Source: Eledone cirrhosa (lineage: Eukaryota). From it: a DNA stretch of 64,000 bases. The stretch lies in assembly GCA_964016885.1 (NCBI GenBank), contig OZ024741.1:66092001-66156000 (forward strand). The letters run 5' to 3'. A model generated the notes under the pieces. The model searched no databases, had not been told where the DNA came from, and saw only the letters and a list, made by a program, of their open reading frames with translations. Each line of letters starts with the position of its first letter. The stretch's first letter is position 1. Both the position numbers and the translations under genes were made by a program. Positions 14,167 to 27,511 of the stretch are shown here, one piece after another.

Positions 14167-14208
<42 letters not shown>

Positions 14209-14211
14209 CAT

Positions 14212-14540
14212 ACATGGCTTAGTGGCCTTGCAATCGAAAGGTTGTGAGTTCAATTCTCAGACCGGGCGATGTGTTGTTTCCTTGAACAAGACACTTTATT
14301 TCACATTGCTCCAGTTTACTCAGCTGTAGAAATGAGATGATAGGGACTGAGGTCCATATCATTCCACTGCAAAAGTGGTCGTGGAAGTGCCACGGCAGAA
14401 AAACACCCAGTACTCACTGTAAATGAGGTTGGTGTTAGGAAGGGCATCCAGCTGTAGAAACCAAGCCAGAATCAGTTCCCGTCCCACCCTTGCAAGCAGG
14501 GAAAAAGCGGACGTAAAATGAAATGATGATGAATGATGAT
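14212..14540 (+). mobile_element. Chimeric SINE: tRNA head, RTE-B-like 3' UTR, RTE-C tail
   Basis: Head as at 7011-7459, but ends cccacccttgcaagcagggaaaaagcggacgtaaaatga like RTE-C (59870-59930). Confidence 0.8.
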
Positions 14541-15710
14541 ATATATATATATATATATATATACATATCTATATATAACAAACAAATAGTTTATTGCTCT
14601 ACATGGCTGACTACAATAAATGTAATCTGAGTTTTTTGAATATTAATAATAATATTTGATTCATTTGCAATTATGCAAACAGCCTCTTTAAAGCCATGTG
14701 AGTAGAATGACTCCATCATCCTTGCTCTTGTGTTGGCATGTGAACAGAACAGCAGAGACTAATGTTTCTGGGTGATTACTCTTCATGAGTGCAGTATACT
14801 GCTTAACTGCCAACTGTCAGAGCTAGGGAAAATATATGATATTTTCTAAAATATTCAGTGACTGAGTTAAAAGGTGAAGATGAAAATGCACAGAATTATA
14901 TTTAAAAATTATTTTTCCTCTAATCTGACAGAATGAATAATTTTATAATTGTTGCATTAAATATAACTGGTTTTGATTGATATAACAATCTTATCAAATA
15001 TTAGATATTAACTATTAAATATATATATATTATTCAGAAAAGGCTTTTGAATACAGGGACAGCTGTCTGTTGTGATTCTGAGGAAAACAATCTATTTGAT
15101 TTCACAGGTCACTATAACAATAACACAGAGGTGAAGATGTATTGAACTTTATACTTAAGACAAAATTATTATTGATGTATTAATCTGTATTGTGTGGTAG
15201 CTGCTACTAATCAATTTATGAAACATATAATGGGTAGAAGTTTTATCTTGACCAATGGACTTTTTTCTATGAACTAGCCAGATATTTCTGCCAATTGGCA
15301 GGCATGAATTTACCAAATATCTCCATGAGGTTGACATCAACATCATAGATTCAAACCTTATTTCAACTCTATTGTAACTATTCCTATTCTATCATGTCTA
15401 AAGGCAATGACACATTGATATATTGAAATCTTATATTTTCCTTAATTAATTACTCTATCAAACGTGAAGCACTCATTTTGCCTTTTCTAATAGCTAGAAT
15501 ATATGTAGCTCGCCACATTACACATAACAATACTTTGTTTTGTTTCATTTACCATTATTTGTTATAATCATTAAGACGTATATCTAGCAAAATGACCACA
15601 TGCAAGCAAACTTGTTGACTTAGGCTACATAGAATAGACTAGGGTGGTAGTGTTAGTGGTGGTGATGGTGTTGGCGTGAGTATGATACCAACAACCATAA
15701 TATGCCATAT

Positions 15711-18700
15711 ATCATCATCATCATCATCATCGTTTAACGTCCGTGTTCCACGCTTGCATGGGTTTGGACGGGGGTTTTCCCACTTGAGGCAAGAGTGATT
15801 GTCTTGCTCGCATAGGACTGTCTGGCGTGTTTTCTACAGCTGGACGCCTTCCTAACACCAACCACATTTACAGTGTGGGGCTGGGAGGTTTTTACCGTGT
15901 TGCCTACACGGCCACATTACAGCGTGGACTGTGTGTTTTTTTTTTTGTCGTGACACCTACACGATCTCATTTGTTTCGGCCTGGATGTTGTGGTACCAAC
16001 ATAACTTTACATTGAAAGGGGCGGTGTGGATTGGGGGGGGGGGGTATTTTGTTAGAGATGCCTACTGATTGTAGTAGGTTTTACTTTGTATTTAGGTAAG
16101 GCGGGTCTTCTGTATTACTGTGTAGCGCCAAAGGTCTCGGTCCAGTGACATTGTCTTGGAGAGGTGTAAGTGTGTGAGGTCGGAATTTATCAGCTCGTCC
16201 CAGGTTTTTCTGGGTCTGCCTACTCCGTAGCTACCGTCTATCTTTATTGCCCTGCACTTTGTTATACAGCTGTCGTCTTTCATGCGCATCACGTGACCAT
16301 ACCAGCGTAGCCTTCTCTCGAGTAAACAACATCTGATCCCTCTTATTTCTAATTTTTTCCTTAGTTCGCTTATGCTTTGCCGTTCACGTATGTTACTATT
16401 ACACATCCAGCGGAGCATGCAAGCTTCGTTCCTCTCTAGTCTGCGTATATCCTCTGCACACAATGCCCAGGTCTCACTGCCATGCAACATTGCTGTTCGT
16501 ATGCAGGCATCATACAACCTGTCTTTCATTTTTAGGGAGAACCCTTTAGTGGCTAATAGTGGTATAAGCTCTCTGAACTTTTTCCATCCAGTTCTGACTC
16601 TAGCTACTGTACTTTCAGAGCACCCTTCCCCACTGCTGATTTTGTCACCCAGGTAACGGAAACTGTCCACTATTTCTATAGAACCCTCTGCGCAATTGAA
16701 AGAGCTAGTATTTTGTGGGCACTTGCTGCTACTTATTGCACCAGAACACCGGCCACATGTAAAATCTATGTTCTTAGTTAGCTTACCTGTGATCCCACTA
16801 CATCTTTTATGCACCCATACTTTGCATTTGGGACATAAAATGGAGTTTCTACCTACGCCTTTCCTACACACTGAGCATGGCCATTTCCCGGAAGGGACCG
16901 TCGCCTTATTTTCTTTCCTACAAACTAGAACTTTAGTCTTAGCCAGGTTAATTTTAAGCCCTTTTGATTCTAGGCCATGCTTCCATGTTTGGAATTTCTT
17001 CTCTAGCTCAGCCATTGATTCAGCTATGAGCGTTAGATCATCTGCGTATAGGAGTTCCCATGGGCAGCCGGTCTTGAACTCCACTGTTATAGCCTGAAGG
17101 GCAATAATAAATAGTAGGGGGCTAAGAACAGAGTCCTGATGTACACCAACTTTTACACTAAACTCTTCACTATATTCGTTGTTAATTCTAACCTTGCTGA
17201 CTGTTTCTTTATACATGGCTTGTATAGCTCTCACAAGCCATTCGTCAACACCTAGTTTTCTAAGAGCCCACCAGATAATGGAACGGGGGACTCTGTCGAA
17301 GGCTTTCTCCAAGTCAACAAAAGCTAAGTATAGGGGTTTACTTTTAGCTAGGTACTTCTCCTGTAGTTGTCGTACAATGAAAAGAGCATCTGTGGTACTT
17401 TTGCCTGACACAAAACCGAACTGCATTTCACCTAGATCAATTCTCTCTCTGATTAGTTGCGCTCTAACTTTTTCCGTGACCTTCATGACCTGGTCGATTA
17501 ATTTAATGCCTCTCTAGTTACTCCTATCTAGGGCATCTCCTTTACCCTTGTAACAGTTAATGATGATGCTGCTACGCCAGTCCTTCGGAACAACCCCATT
17601 CTGTATGACTTGGTTTACTATCCGGGTGACCATGGTGAGTCCTACCGTTCCAGAGGCTTTCAGCATCTCAGCAACTATTTCCGAAGGCCCAGCCGCCTTA
17701 CCCATCTTCATATCTTTGATTGCCTTACTTATTATACTACCTTCGACTAACACTGCCGGTCCCTCTATTGGGTCGATGTGGGGGAGACTGTCTTTCTCCC
17801 AATTATTCTCCTCATTTAGAAGCCTTTCGTAGTGACACTTCCAAGCTACCTTCTTATCAGCGTCAGTGATGGCAAGTACACCATCATCATTAAGTACACA
17901 CTTCTCCCCGACAACATCACGGTTTTCCTTGACACATTGCCTAGCAATCCTGAACACCTCACATTTTTGGTCCTCACGTTGTAGAACATGCTTGAACTTT
18001 CTTTCCTCTGCTTCTCTTCTTGTGAAGTACACTTGTCTTCTAGCTTCCCTCCTGGCCACTTGATAGTCTTCTCTACTTCCCCCATCCCGCCATACTTTCC
18101 AAGCCTGCTTTTTGGCCTTAATTGACTCCTCCACCTTACTGTTCCACCACCATGTTACTCTCCTCCTACCTACAGGCCTGCTCCAGCCACAGACTTCGTC
18201 TGCTGCCATCAGCAGGTTTGCTTTCAGGAATTCCCACTGTTCTTCTATATTATCTGACTCTAATTGCTCTTCCTTACTGTCGAAAGCATCAAGTAACATG
18301 CTTTGAAATTTATTTCTGGCTGTGGGGTCCTTTAACTTCCATATTTTTCTCCTGAGGATAGTCCTCTTCTGTTGTCTAGTACATCTCGTCCTGACTATGA
18401 GGTCGCTAATTAGCAGTCTATGTTGGGAGGTGCATTCTTCATGGGGGAGGGATTTAGTGTTTACAACAGACACTCTGTCACATCCTCTGGTAAGGATATA
18501 ATCTACCTGGCTGGTATGTTCCCCCGATCTGTAGGTGATCAAGTGATTGTCTCGTTTTTTGAAGTTAGTGTTACAGATAGTTAGGTTATTTGCATCACAG
18601 AATTCCAGGATTCTGGAGCCTTCCTCATTTCTAGTACCAAACCCATAGCCTCCGTGGATTCCATCATAGCCATCACAATGTTGACCAACGTGGCCATTTA

Positions 18701-19560
18701 GGTCGCCAGCAATAATTATATAGTCACTGTCGGTTATTTGGGAGGTAGTGAGCATCAGTGTCTCATAGAAACTGTCTTTTATAGCGCCAGGCAGTCCGGA
18801 TTGGGGCGCATATGCCGATATTACTGTCACAGTAGTTCTATTTAGAACAAGTCTTATTTTAATTATTCTGTCATTTACTCTATTTACATTTATTATCTTA
18901 TCCACCCATTTTTCTGCTAACATGATTCCTACCCCACCAATCCCATTGTCATTTCCCACCCAGAAGAGCTTATAGCAACGTTTTTTACCCACAATGAATC
19001 TAGCAGACCCGCCCCTCCACCTGGTCTCTTGGATACAGCAAACATCAACTTCCTTATGTTCAAACATTTCTACAACCTCGTTAGAGCGGCCTTTTAAGGT
19101 GCCTACATTTATGGTACCAACTCTGAAGTTTTGGATTGTGTTTGGAGGATGGGGCGCAGGGATGGGTGAGGGCGATGGGGTTGGGGTTATGTTGGCCATC
19201 CGCGGCCGAAACAAAGAGGAGGGGGACTTGCCCTTTCGTCCGGCAGCATGAGTTGAATTTGTCGTTATCTTTGGCATTGTCATCAAGTGTCCAGATTCTT
19301 CAGACTCTCCAGAAATTCCTTAGTCCATCCATCATATCGAAAAGCAGCCAGAAGTGATAGCATAGGCTGTTGACTTGTGATTGGTCCAAATAATAAGGTG
19401 GAGAGTGGGGGCGGGAGGGAGGGGTATGGGGTAGTTAGCAAAGTGGGGTAGTTAAAAATATAGTTAAAAATACAAGAAGATTATTTAGAAACAACCAGAC
19501 AGAATTATAGAATAGAATAAATATGAATGAATGAATGAACCGATAGGCTGGAGAGAGATC
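15711..19560 (-). mobile_element. Near full-length RTE-clade LINE, family A, copy A1
   Basis: (GAT)n tail at 15711-15731, 3' UTR, single APE+RT ORF; 5' boundary approximate. Confidence 0.95.
16092..19286 (-). pseudogene. RTE-A1 ORF (APE endonuclease, RT with PHD-type insertion), about 1065 codons, one in-frame TAG at 17514-17516
   Basis: APE motifs GTINVGTL, CIQET, GDLNGH, QVDYI, SQH; RT motifs FVDLEKAFD, VHQDSVLSP, YADD, FRYLG; the two ORFs in the track are in the same frame. Confidence 0.93.
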
Positions 19561-20733
19561 AGAAAAATGGCATTTACATTATATGTTTGTATATTTATAT
19601 ATATATCTCCATCTGTAACTCTTTAAAATTTACACACATATACACACAATGCATTTCCTATCTCAGTCATGTTGCTACAATAAGAAGTTTGCTTTCCAGT
19701 CACAAAGATCTGAGTTCTAACCCTACATCTCTCTCTGTAAATAGTTATTTCTCTAAATTTACTCATATATTTAAACCTGTATGTCATTTGTACATATATG
19801 CTGAATAGTTGTGTAATTATATCCTAGAAATAAATCATTAAAATATTTTTATCTTTAATCATTTCAAAGTCTCTGAAATTAACATTCACTATAGGGTTTC
19901 TTTTATGCAAACCAGAAATTTATCAAAACACAAATTTCTCACTTTGTAAAATTGTTCATATATCCAGCAATCATAGTATATTTGGCATACCAATCCTGGA
20001 CTCCCAAAATTAAATACATTCAATGTTAATGTCATTATTGGCAGCACTTGTCCACTAGTTTTAGTAATAATGGTTTCTGATGTAGGCACAATTATGAGGG
20101 AAGGGGAAAAGAGGATTAAATCAATCCCAGTGCATTACTGGTACTTTATTTTATTGACCCCGTAAGGATGAAAAGCAAAGCTAACCTTGATGGGATTTGA
20201 ACTCAGAACGTAAAGGGCCATAACTCAATGCTACAAAGCATGTTGTCCGACACTCTACTGATACTACCAATCCTCCACCCTAGTTGTAGGAATAATAAAA
20301 GAGAAGAGACAGAGAGAAGACACAATGTATGGGTAAGTAAAGGACTATACTGTGTTGTTGGTGCATATTGAAGGCTTCTCAGATAAATGATCCTTTCATT
20401 CTTTCTATGGATGTAGTTGAGAATGTTTGCATAGCAACTGCTGTCTCAAATATTTCAACAGGATTGTAGTCCATATTATGTTGCTAACACTATGGGGGTT
20501 CTTTTTCACCATAACATTTGATTCTCACATCACTGAGGTCAACAAGTTGTTAATAATAGCATTAGTATAACTCTGTATAAGGAGGACTTACAGCACTAAC
20601 AAACTATATAATTAATGTATTATGTTAACTTGCATTGTTGAATTGCTGAATTTAATTCCTAAACTGGGTATATAAACTGAAGAGAGTGTGGTGGGGGGAA
20701 GGGGTATGGAGTGGGGTGCTCTGCCAAGCTGAC

Positions 20734-20989
20734 TTAACCCATTCATTATGAAATTTTGATTGAAATATATTGCCTATTATTTTGAATTAATTTTTTAAAC
20801 AATTAAAATTTAGAGGGACTTTTTATAATAATTTCCTCAATATCAAGTTGGTGTTTGTGTAACAAGAAAAATGTTCTTACATAAATTTATAATGAAAGGT
20901 TTAAATTTAAATATGAACAATTTAAAACAAATGGTTTTCCATCATAGAACCTAAGGGGAGTCCAAGCCAATTAGTAGCAAAAGGATTAA
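20734..20989 (-). mobile_element. MITE family B sharing its right TTAA with an adjacent MITE-A
   Basis: ttaa|cccattcatta ... agcaaaagga|ttaa; reverse similarity to 50772-50989. Confidence 0.65.
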
Positions 20990-21176
20990 CCCTTTAGTAT
21001 TTACATTACTCTATATATACTATTGTATTTTCACAGTAAACACTTTATCTCACATAATATCGAATCTAAGAGATTTTGATATTATTTAAGTATGAGTGGC
21101 CAGCTATGGCCATTTGAACAGAAAGAGGTGAGAGAATTCTGGCTGGATGCAGCCAGTTTAAATGCGAAAGGGTTAA
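20986..21176 (-). mobile_element. MITE family A
   Basis: ttaa|ccctttagtattta ... taaatgcgaaaggg|ttaa. Confidence 0.85.
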
Positions 21177-21319
21177 ATCAAGACTTTTTATTACTTGGTC
21201 AGGAGGAAAGTACCCCTAATAATTTTCAGGGCCTCTAAAAACTGTAGCTGTCTTATTAGAAAGAGGGCATTGGTGATACTCTGTCCTGGAATGAATCAAT
21301 GCTGTATCTAATCTATGCT

Positions 21320-21655
21320 GTGAAGACACGTGACTTAGCAGTTAGTGTTGGGTGCATAATCATGTGATTGTGAATTCAATTCTCAGACCAAGGAAACATT
21401 GTGTGTCTTCGAGCAAGACACTTTATTTCAGATTGCTCCAATTCACTCAGCTGGAAAAAATAATTGGTACCAAGCTGTATGAGCCTTTGCCTTTCCCTTG
21501 AACAACATCAGTGGCATAGAGAGGGGAGAGTGGCATGCATGGGTGACTGTTGGTCTTCTACATAAACAAGTTGTTCAGGCTTGTGCCTAAGAGAGGAACT
21601 TTCTAGGTGCAATCTCCTGGTCAGCCATGACCAAAGAGGGCTTCGCTCCCTCCCT
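21320..21655 (+). mobile_element. tRNA-derived SINE with a different 3' module; related copies at about 49415-49612 (+) and 51300-51600 (-)
   Basis: Head and central block shared with the SINE at 14212; 3' part ttggtaccaagctgta... recurs elsewhere. Confidence 0.65.
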
Positions 21656-21905
21656 CTCTATGCTAATTCTTTTCTTAATCAGTTGTGCTATAATTCTTTC
21701 AATAACTTCCCTAACTTGGTCCATTAATTTGATGCCTCACTCATTACCCCCGTCTCTCTCTCTCTCTCAATATAATTGACCCCAGTACTTTTTCTGTTGA
21801 ATTGATAAGTTACAAGACATAAACACAGCCACAGTCTGCCTATTGAACTGAGAAAAGAATTTTAAAATGTATATATACACATCCATATGTACTTATATAT
21901 ATATA

Positions 21906-22610
21906 TCATCATCATCATCATCGTTTAACATCCATCTTCCACGCTAGCATGGGTTTGGAAGGGAATTTTCCCACTTGAGGCAAGAGTGGTTGTCTTGCTC
22001 GTAAAGGACTGTCTGGCGGGTTTTCTACGGCTGGATGCCCTTCCTAACACCAACCACGTTTACATTGTGGACTGGAAGGTTTTTACCGTGTTACCTACAC
22101 GGCCACATTACAGCGTGGACTGTGTGTTTTTTTGTCATGACATCTACACAACCTCATTTATTTAGGACTGGATGTTGTGGTACCAACATAACTTTACATC
22201 GAAGGAGGGGGGGGGGGGGGGTATTTTGGTAAGAGGTGCCTACTGACTGTAGTTTTCGCTTTGCACTTAGGCAAGGCAGGTGTTCTGTATTACTGCGTAG
22301 CGCCAAAGATCTCGGTCCAGTGACATTGTCTTGGAGAGGTGTAAGTGTGTGAGATCGGAATTTATCAAGTCGTCCCAGGTTTTTCTGGGTCTGCCTACTC
22401 CGTGGCTACCGTCTATTTTGATCGCCCTGCACATTTTATACAGCTGTCATATTTCATGCGCATCACGTGACCATACCAATATAGTCTTCTCTCGAGTAAA
22501 CAGCATCTGATCCCTCTTATTCCTAATTTCTCACTTAGTTCATTTATGCTTTGCCATTCACGTATATTACTATTACACATCCAACAGAGCATGCAAGCTT
22601 CGTTCCTCTC
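21906..22610 (-). mobile_element. 5'-truncated RTE-A copy
   Basis: Matches 15711-16437; flanked by (TA)n and (CT)n(TA)n. Confidence 0.9.
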
Positions 22611-22614
22611 TCTT

Positions 22615-22645
<31 letters not shown>

Positions 22646-22852
22646 GGAGGCAAATGCCTAGTGGTTAGAGCATTGGGCTTGCAATCGAGTGGTCGTGGAT
22701 GTGCCACGGCAAAAAAAAGCACCCAGCACTCACTGTAAATGAGGTTGGTGTTAGGAAGGGCATCCAGCTGTAGAAATCAACCCAGAATCAGTTCCTGTCC
22801 CACCCTTGCAAGCAAGGAAAAAGCGGACGTAAAATGAAATGATGAAATGATG
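22646..22852 (+). mobile_element. Internally deleted chimeric SINE: tRNA head start, RTE-B UTR, RTE-C tail
   Basis: tgcctagtggttagagcattgggcttgcaatcga joined directly to gtggtcgtgg...; C-type tail. Confidence 0.7.
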
Positions 22853-24693
22853 TATGTATGTGGTAGTAAATGTCTCAAAGAGTAATTTAATAATGAGCTT
22901 AGTGTTTTGTTTGCTGTCATGCTAAGGAGATAATGTGGAAACAGGGTTCTCTCAAAAGACAAATAGAGATTAAGTGACAAGTAAAATTAATATGGGTGGG
23001 CTGATGAAGTATTTAACACACTATCCTGAACAGAAAACAAAGAATGACTGTGTCAGAAAATGAAAAAGAGAGTGAGCTAGAATAAGAAGTTATCTTCATG
23101 TTGCTTTAAGCAATTTCCATATACTGTTTAAAAGAGATGGCAAACTTGAAATCTTCATGAAACTCAGTTTTACTATGAACAGCACTATCTATGAGCTTCT
23201 AGAATAATGATAAATTATTACAGATAAATCTTCTATTTTACTGTCATGCCAAAAGTAAATTGAAAAACTAAATTGGAAATGGTGAAATGATGAAATATAG
23301 TTAGTTTCTGTTTATAAACTACCCTCCATTTTAATTTCTGTATATACACTGATAAAAGAACACTTTTAGATACAAAAATACTGTAATAGAAAATAACACA
23401 AAGCCATTCCAGTCTTGAGCATTCAATCGAGCATAATAGTACTTTCCTTTCAATAAACCTCTGTAATAGCAAACATTTTTATCAAGGGTTAAAAAGAGAA
23501 AAGAAAGTATAGCAATAGCTCCATGTCATTTTATCAATGAAATATAATGTTACATAATGATTTAGTCAAAGAAAGGCAATGAGCATGTTTCGTGCAAAAC
23601 CTCTGAGAAACCCCCACACTTCGGATTCATGTAAGTAATCCAGGTGAAAGTATATGTATATGTCTGGAAACATGTTACACTGTCTCAGTACCTAAAAGGT
23701 CAAACCTTCTGACTACCAACTAACAATTTATCACTCTTACTTTCAACATTTCAAAGGTGATGAAAGCAGTAGTTATAATAATCACCTTTTGCAAAACTGA
23801 GCCTGGTTCCCTCCTCAGAACCAACAGCATGGCTTTCATATATCCAGATCTACTGGAAACCTACACTTTTATGTCATTTATCAATGGTTCCTTGCCGTAC
23901 ATATCATCCTCATCATCCTCGTTTAACGTCCATTTTCCAAACTAGCGGGTTAGACAGGCTGTTCCATGAGAGACAAGTTGTGTCAGGTGACCATGTCCTA
24001 CTCATATAGATCTGTTTCTGGCTAGGTTTCTACATCTGGATGCCCTTCCTGATGCCAACCACATTTACAGTGTGGGCTGGGTGCTTTTTGTCAGGACACT
24101 TACATGACCACTTTACAATGTGGGCTGGGTGCTTTTTGTCGTGAATCCTACACGACCACTTTACTGTGTGGGTAGATACATATGTTTCTTGAAAAGTAAT
24201 GTTGTTAGCAACATTGGCAGAGTTGTTAGGGTGACATATTAAAAATGTCTTAGTACTTGTTCCTACCCACTGTGCTCTGAGTTCAAATCCTGCCAAGGTC
24301 AACTTTGCTTTTCAGTTTTTGGAGGTCAATAAAATACCAACCCAATACTGGAGTTGATTCTTCTTCTATCTCTATTTAGCTCTCTCTATCTCTCTTCCTC
24401 TTTCTTTCTCTGGAAGAAATTGGCTGTGTTCCAATGTGGAGAGGGATGGGTTCTGCCAGGTTTAAAATGCCCAAGACACACCTGTGTCAAGATGGCAAGA
24501 TGGCACCCCTATGACTTCATCAGGAGTTTAGGACCCCTGCTACCTCTAATCTTGTTAGTGACATCAACAACACCTTTGGGAGTGTCTGACATGAGATATT
24601 TCTATCTAAGCTACCTGCCTATGTACTTCATCCACATCTCATTGCTTGGATTGGAAGCTGATGGGAGTAATTTCAAACTCTTATTCTATCAAC

Positions 24694-24922
24694 TTAACCC
24701 TTTAGCATTTAAACCAGTCATATCCAGCCAGAATTCTCTCACCTCTTTCTGTACAAACTGGCTGTAACCAGCCACTCATACTTATGTTAAGGTATTTTTC
24801 TCAAAATAAATAATATCGAAATTTCGAAGATTCAATATTATGTGAGGAAATTATGTGAGATAAAGTGTTTACTGTAAAAATACAATAGTATATATAGAGT
24901 AATGTAAATGCTAAAGGGTTAA
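24694..24922 (+). mobile_element. MITE family A, complete
   Basis: TIR ccctttagcattta / taaatgctaaaggg with TTAA on both sides. Confidence 0.9.
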
Positions 24923-25454
24923 TGTTCATACTTTTTTTTGTATATATTAACTCTCAACATTCTGTAATGATTTAGCTTAAAAAATGTCTTAAAACAGGTT
25001 TGTTAAAATGCATATAATATCTTTACTATTAAACAGATTATGAATATGTGCAATATTAGAGTAAAAACTTTCGTTTTTAATGCAATACAGTCATAGAATG
25101 AATGTCTGGCTAATGTGGTTTGATGTGGTACAGGAAGTTAATAGCTAATAGCTTGCTTGCTGTTACATCTAACATCACTGAGTCATATGTAAATGACAGG
25201 TCTACTAAATCAATGCTGATCTTTTACTAAACATCATTATCATCATCACTGTTTAACATCTATTTTTCATGTTTACATGGTTAGACGAGCTGTCATGGTA
25301 TGAGGTCAGACTGGTCAGATGATTACACCTTGCTCATACACTCCATTTTTGGCTTGGTTTTCTAGGGCTTGATGCCCTATGAATGCCGACCACCTTACAG
25401 GATGGAGTGGATGCTTTTTATTGTGGCACAAGTAAAATATTATGTAAAGTATTA

Positions 25455-25730
25455 TGATATAGAATCACTCCAGTTAGAGCCACTATTTTTCCGGATTGAG
25501 AGATCACAGCTCCAATACTATGGGCATGTGGTTAGAATGTCTCAGGAAAGAATCAGTGGACAGATTTTACAGGCAAAACCAACCAGCAGGAGATCCAGAG
25601 GGAGACTCTGAGCAAGATGGTTGGATAACATCCATGAGCTTGGCTGGTCTCACTTGAGGATCCAGCTGGAACAGTTGGAGATGGTTGCTTCTGACAGGAC
25701 CCTCTAGAAAGAGTATTTGAGGAATCTCCC
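25455..25730 (+). pseudogene. Degraded C-terminal fragment of another RTE LINE
   Basis: Encodes IERSQLQYYGHVVRMSQER...RSRGR...WLDNI. Confidence 0.75.
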
Positions 25731-26004
25731 CCCACCCCCACCCACACACACACAACCCTCTCAGGAATAAGTGAAGGAAGAAGATCTACAAAATACAACA
25801 GCTTCCACCTGATGATATCTGTCAACGCTACACAAGTAATAAGTGCAGGTTGTTTGTTGCTTTGCTGGGAGGGTTGGTGTAGAGTTTTGAGGGACATGTC
25901 TTGTGTGGTATGTGTCTAGTGAGTGGAGTTGATGGTAGGTTTATGGATAGTATTTACTTGAGTTCGTGGATGACATTGATTCAACATTCAAATTGAGGCA
26001 ACTG

Positions 26005-26189
26005 CAGACCTGCCAACCTCTAAAAATCCAAACAGGGAGTACCATGAAAAAAAGTGCCCCAAAACAGGAAGAAATGAGGCAATTTTACATAATGAAAGCT
26101 ATACTCATTTTCATAAGAGAAGACATCTCTCACCCATTCCAAAGTGGGTGAGAGATCTCCCAGTTGGATGGGGAGAGTTGACAGGTCTG
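26005..26189 (+). mobile_element. MITE family C (TIR cagacctgccaac / gttgacaggtctg)
   Basis: TIRs visible; second copy at 49118-49283. Confidence 0.85.
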
Positions 26190-27184
26190 CGATTGATATC
26201 ATAGTTATATATATATAACATAAGTTTTCGAGCTATTACATATACAGCTTGTAATTAAAATCCGTTAAAACAGTTTTCAAACAGCAAAGATTTAAAACAA
26301 TAAATAAATAAAATAAAAATATATAAAGTATAAAAATGCGAAACCAATCAGATAAATAAATTTGTCTAGATGGGCTATTGAACACAAGGTAGAAGAAAAT
26401 ATTGATCAGTGAGTAGATATTTGTCTTTGTAATAAAATAGCTACTGCACCAATAATAAAGTACTTTAGTTTTCTTCAGTTGGGAAATGTCTTCTGGTTAG
26501 TGTGTATAGGTGTAAAGACAATAGATGATTTGGGTGAGTTATTGAACAGATAAGAAAGTAAACTGATGAGGAGGGGGGGGGGGGGATAATAGACAGTAAA
26601 CCAGGGAATTTAATTGTATAGAGTGTGTGTGTGTGTGTGTGGTATGTGTGTAATGGAAGAATGGAGGGAGGAAGAGGATATGTGTGTGTGTATATGTGTA
26701 GTGGAGAGAGAATGGGTGTGAGAGAGTGTGAATGTATGTATATGTGTAATGGAAGAATGGTGAAAGATAAAGGGAGAGAAAAGAGGGGGAGAGAAAGAGA
26801 GAGGGGAAGAAAGAGAGAGAATGTGGGTGTGTAGTGGGAGGGTGGAGAGAGAGATTAAGAAAGAGAGGGAGAATGTGTGTGGAAGAGTGTGTGTATATTT
26901 GGAGAAACAGGACAGATAAAAAGGGAAAAAACAAGTTTGAAAAAGGAAAACAATTATATAATGTGTGTGTATGTATGTGTGTGTGTATGTATGTATGTAT
27001 GTATGTATGTGTGTGTGTGTGTGTGAAAAAAAGAAAAGAGGAAAGAAAGGACAGACAAGAGAGAGGGACAGGGAATAGAGTCAAAGAGAAAGAGTAAAGG
27101 AAGAGAGAGCTAGAGAAGTATAAAGAAAGGAAAGATAGTAGAGAAAAGAAAGAGTAGAAGAGGTGGAATAGAAAAATGGGGAGG

Positions 27185-27268
<84 letters not shown>

Positions 27269-27511
27269 GAAGAATGAAAATCAGTTAAAGAGAGGATATG
27301 AAAGCAAAAAAAGAAAAAGCAATGAAGTTGTGCCAGTCTGCTTACATCTGCAATAGTTGTGAAAGCTGAATAATTTCATTATGAATGTCAGGCAAAATAC
27401 CTTGTAGTATTTATGTCCCTTAACACTCTGAGTTCAAATCTCACCAAGGTTAACTTTGCCTGTCATCATTATAGGGTCAATAAAATAAAGGACCAGCTAA
27501 GTACTGAGATT

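Noticed and set aside
16372-18355. Antisense ORFs overlapping RTE coding regions, recurring in several copies
   Set aside because: Shadow frames of the RT ORF that recur only because the copies are homologous
15699-19575. Possible TSD of RTE-A1 (aatatgccatat vs aaaatggcattt)
   Set aside because: 3 of 12 positions mismatch in AT-rich sequence, too weak for a young insertion
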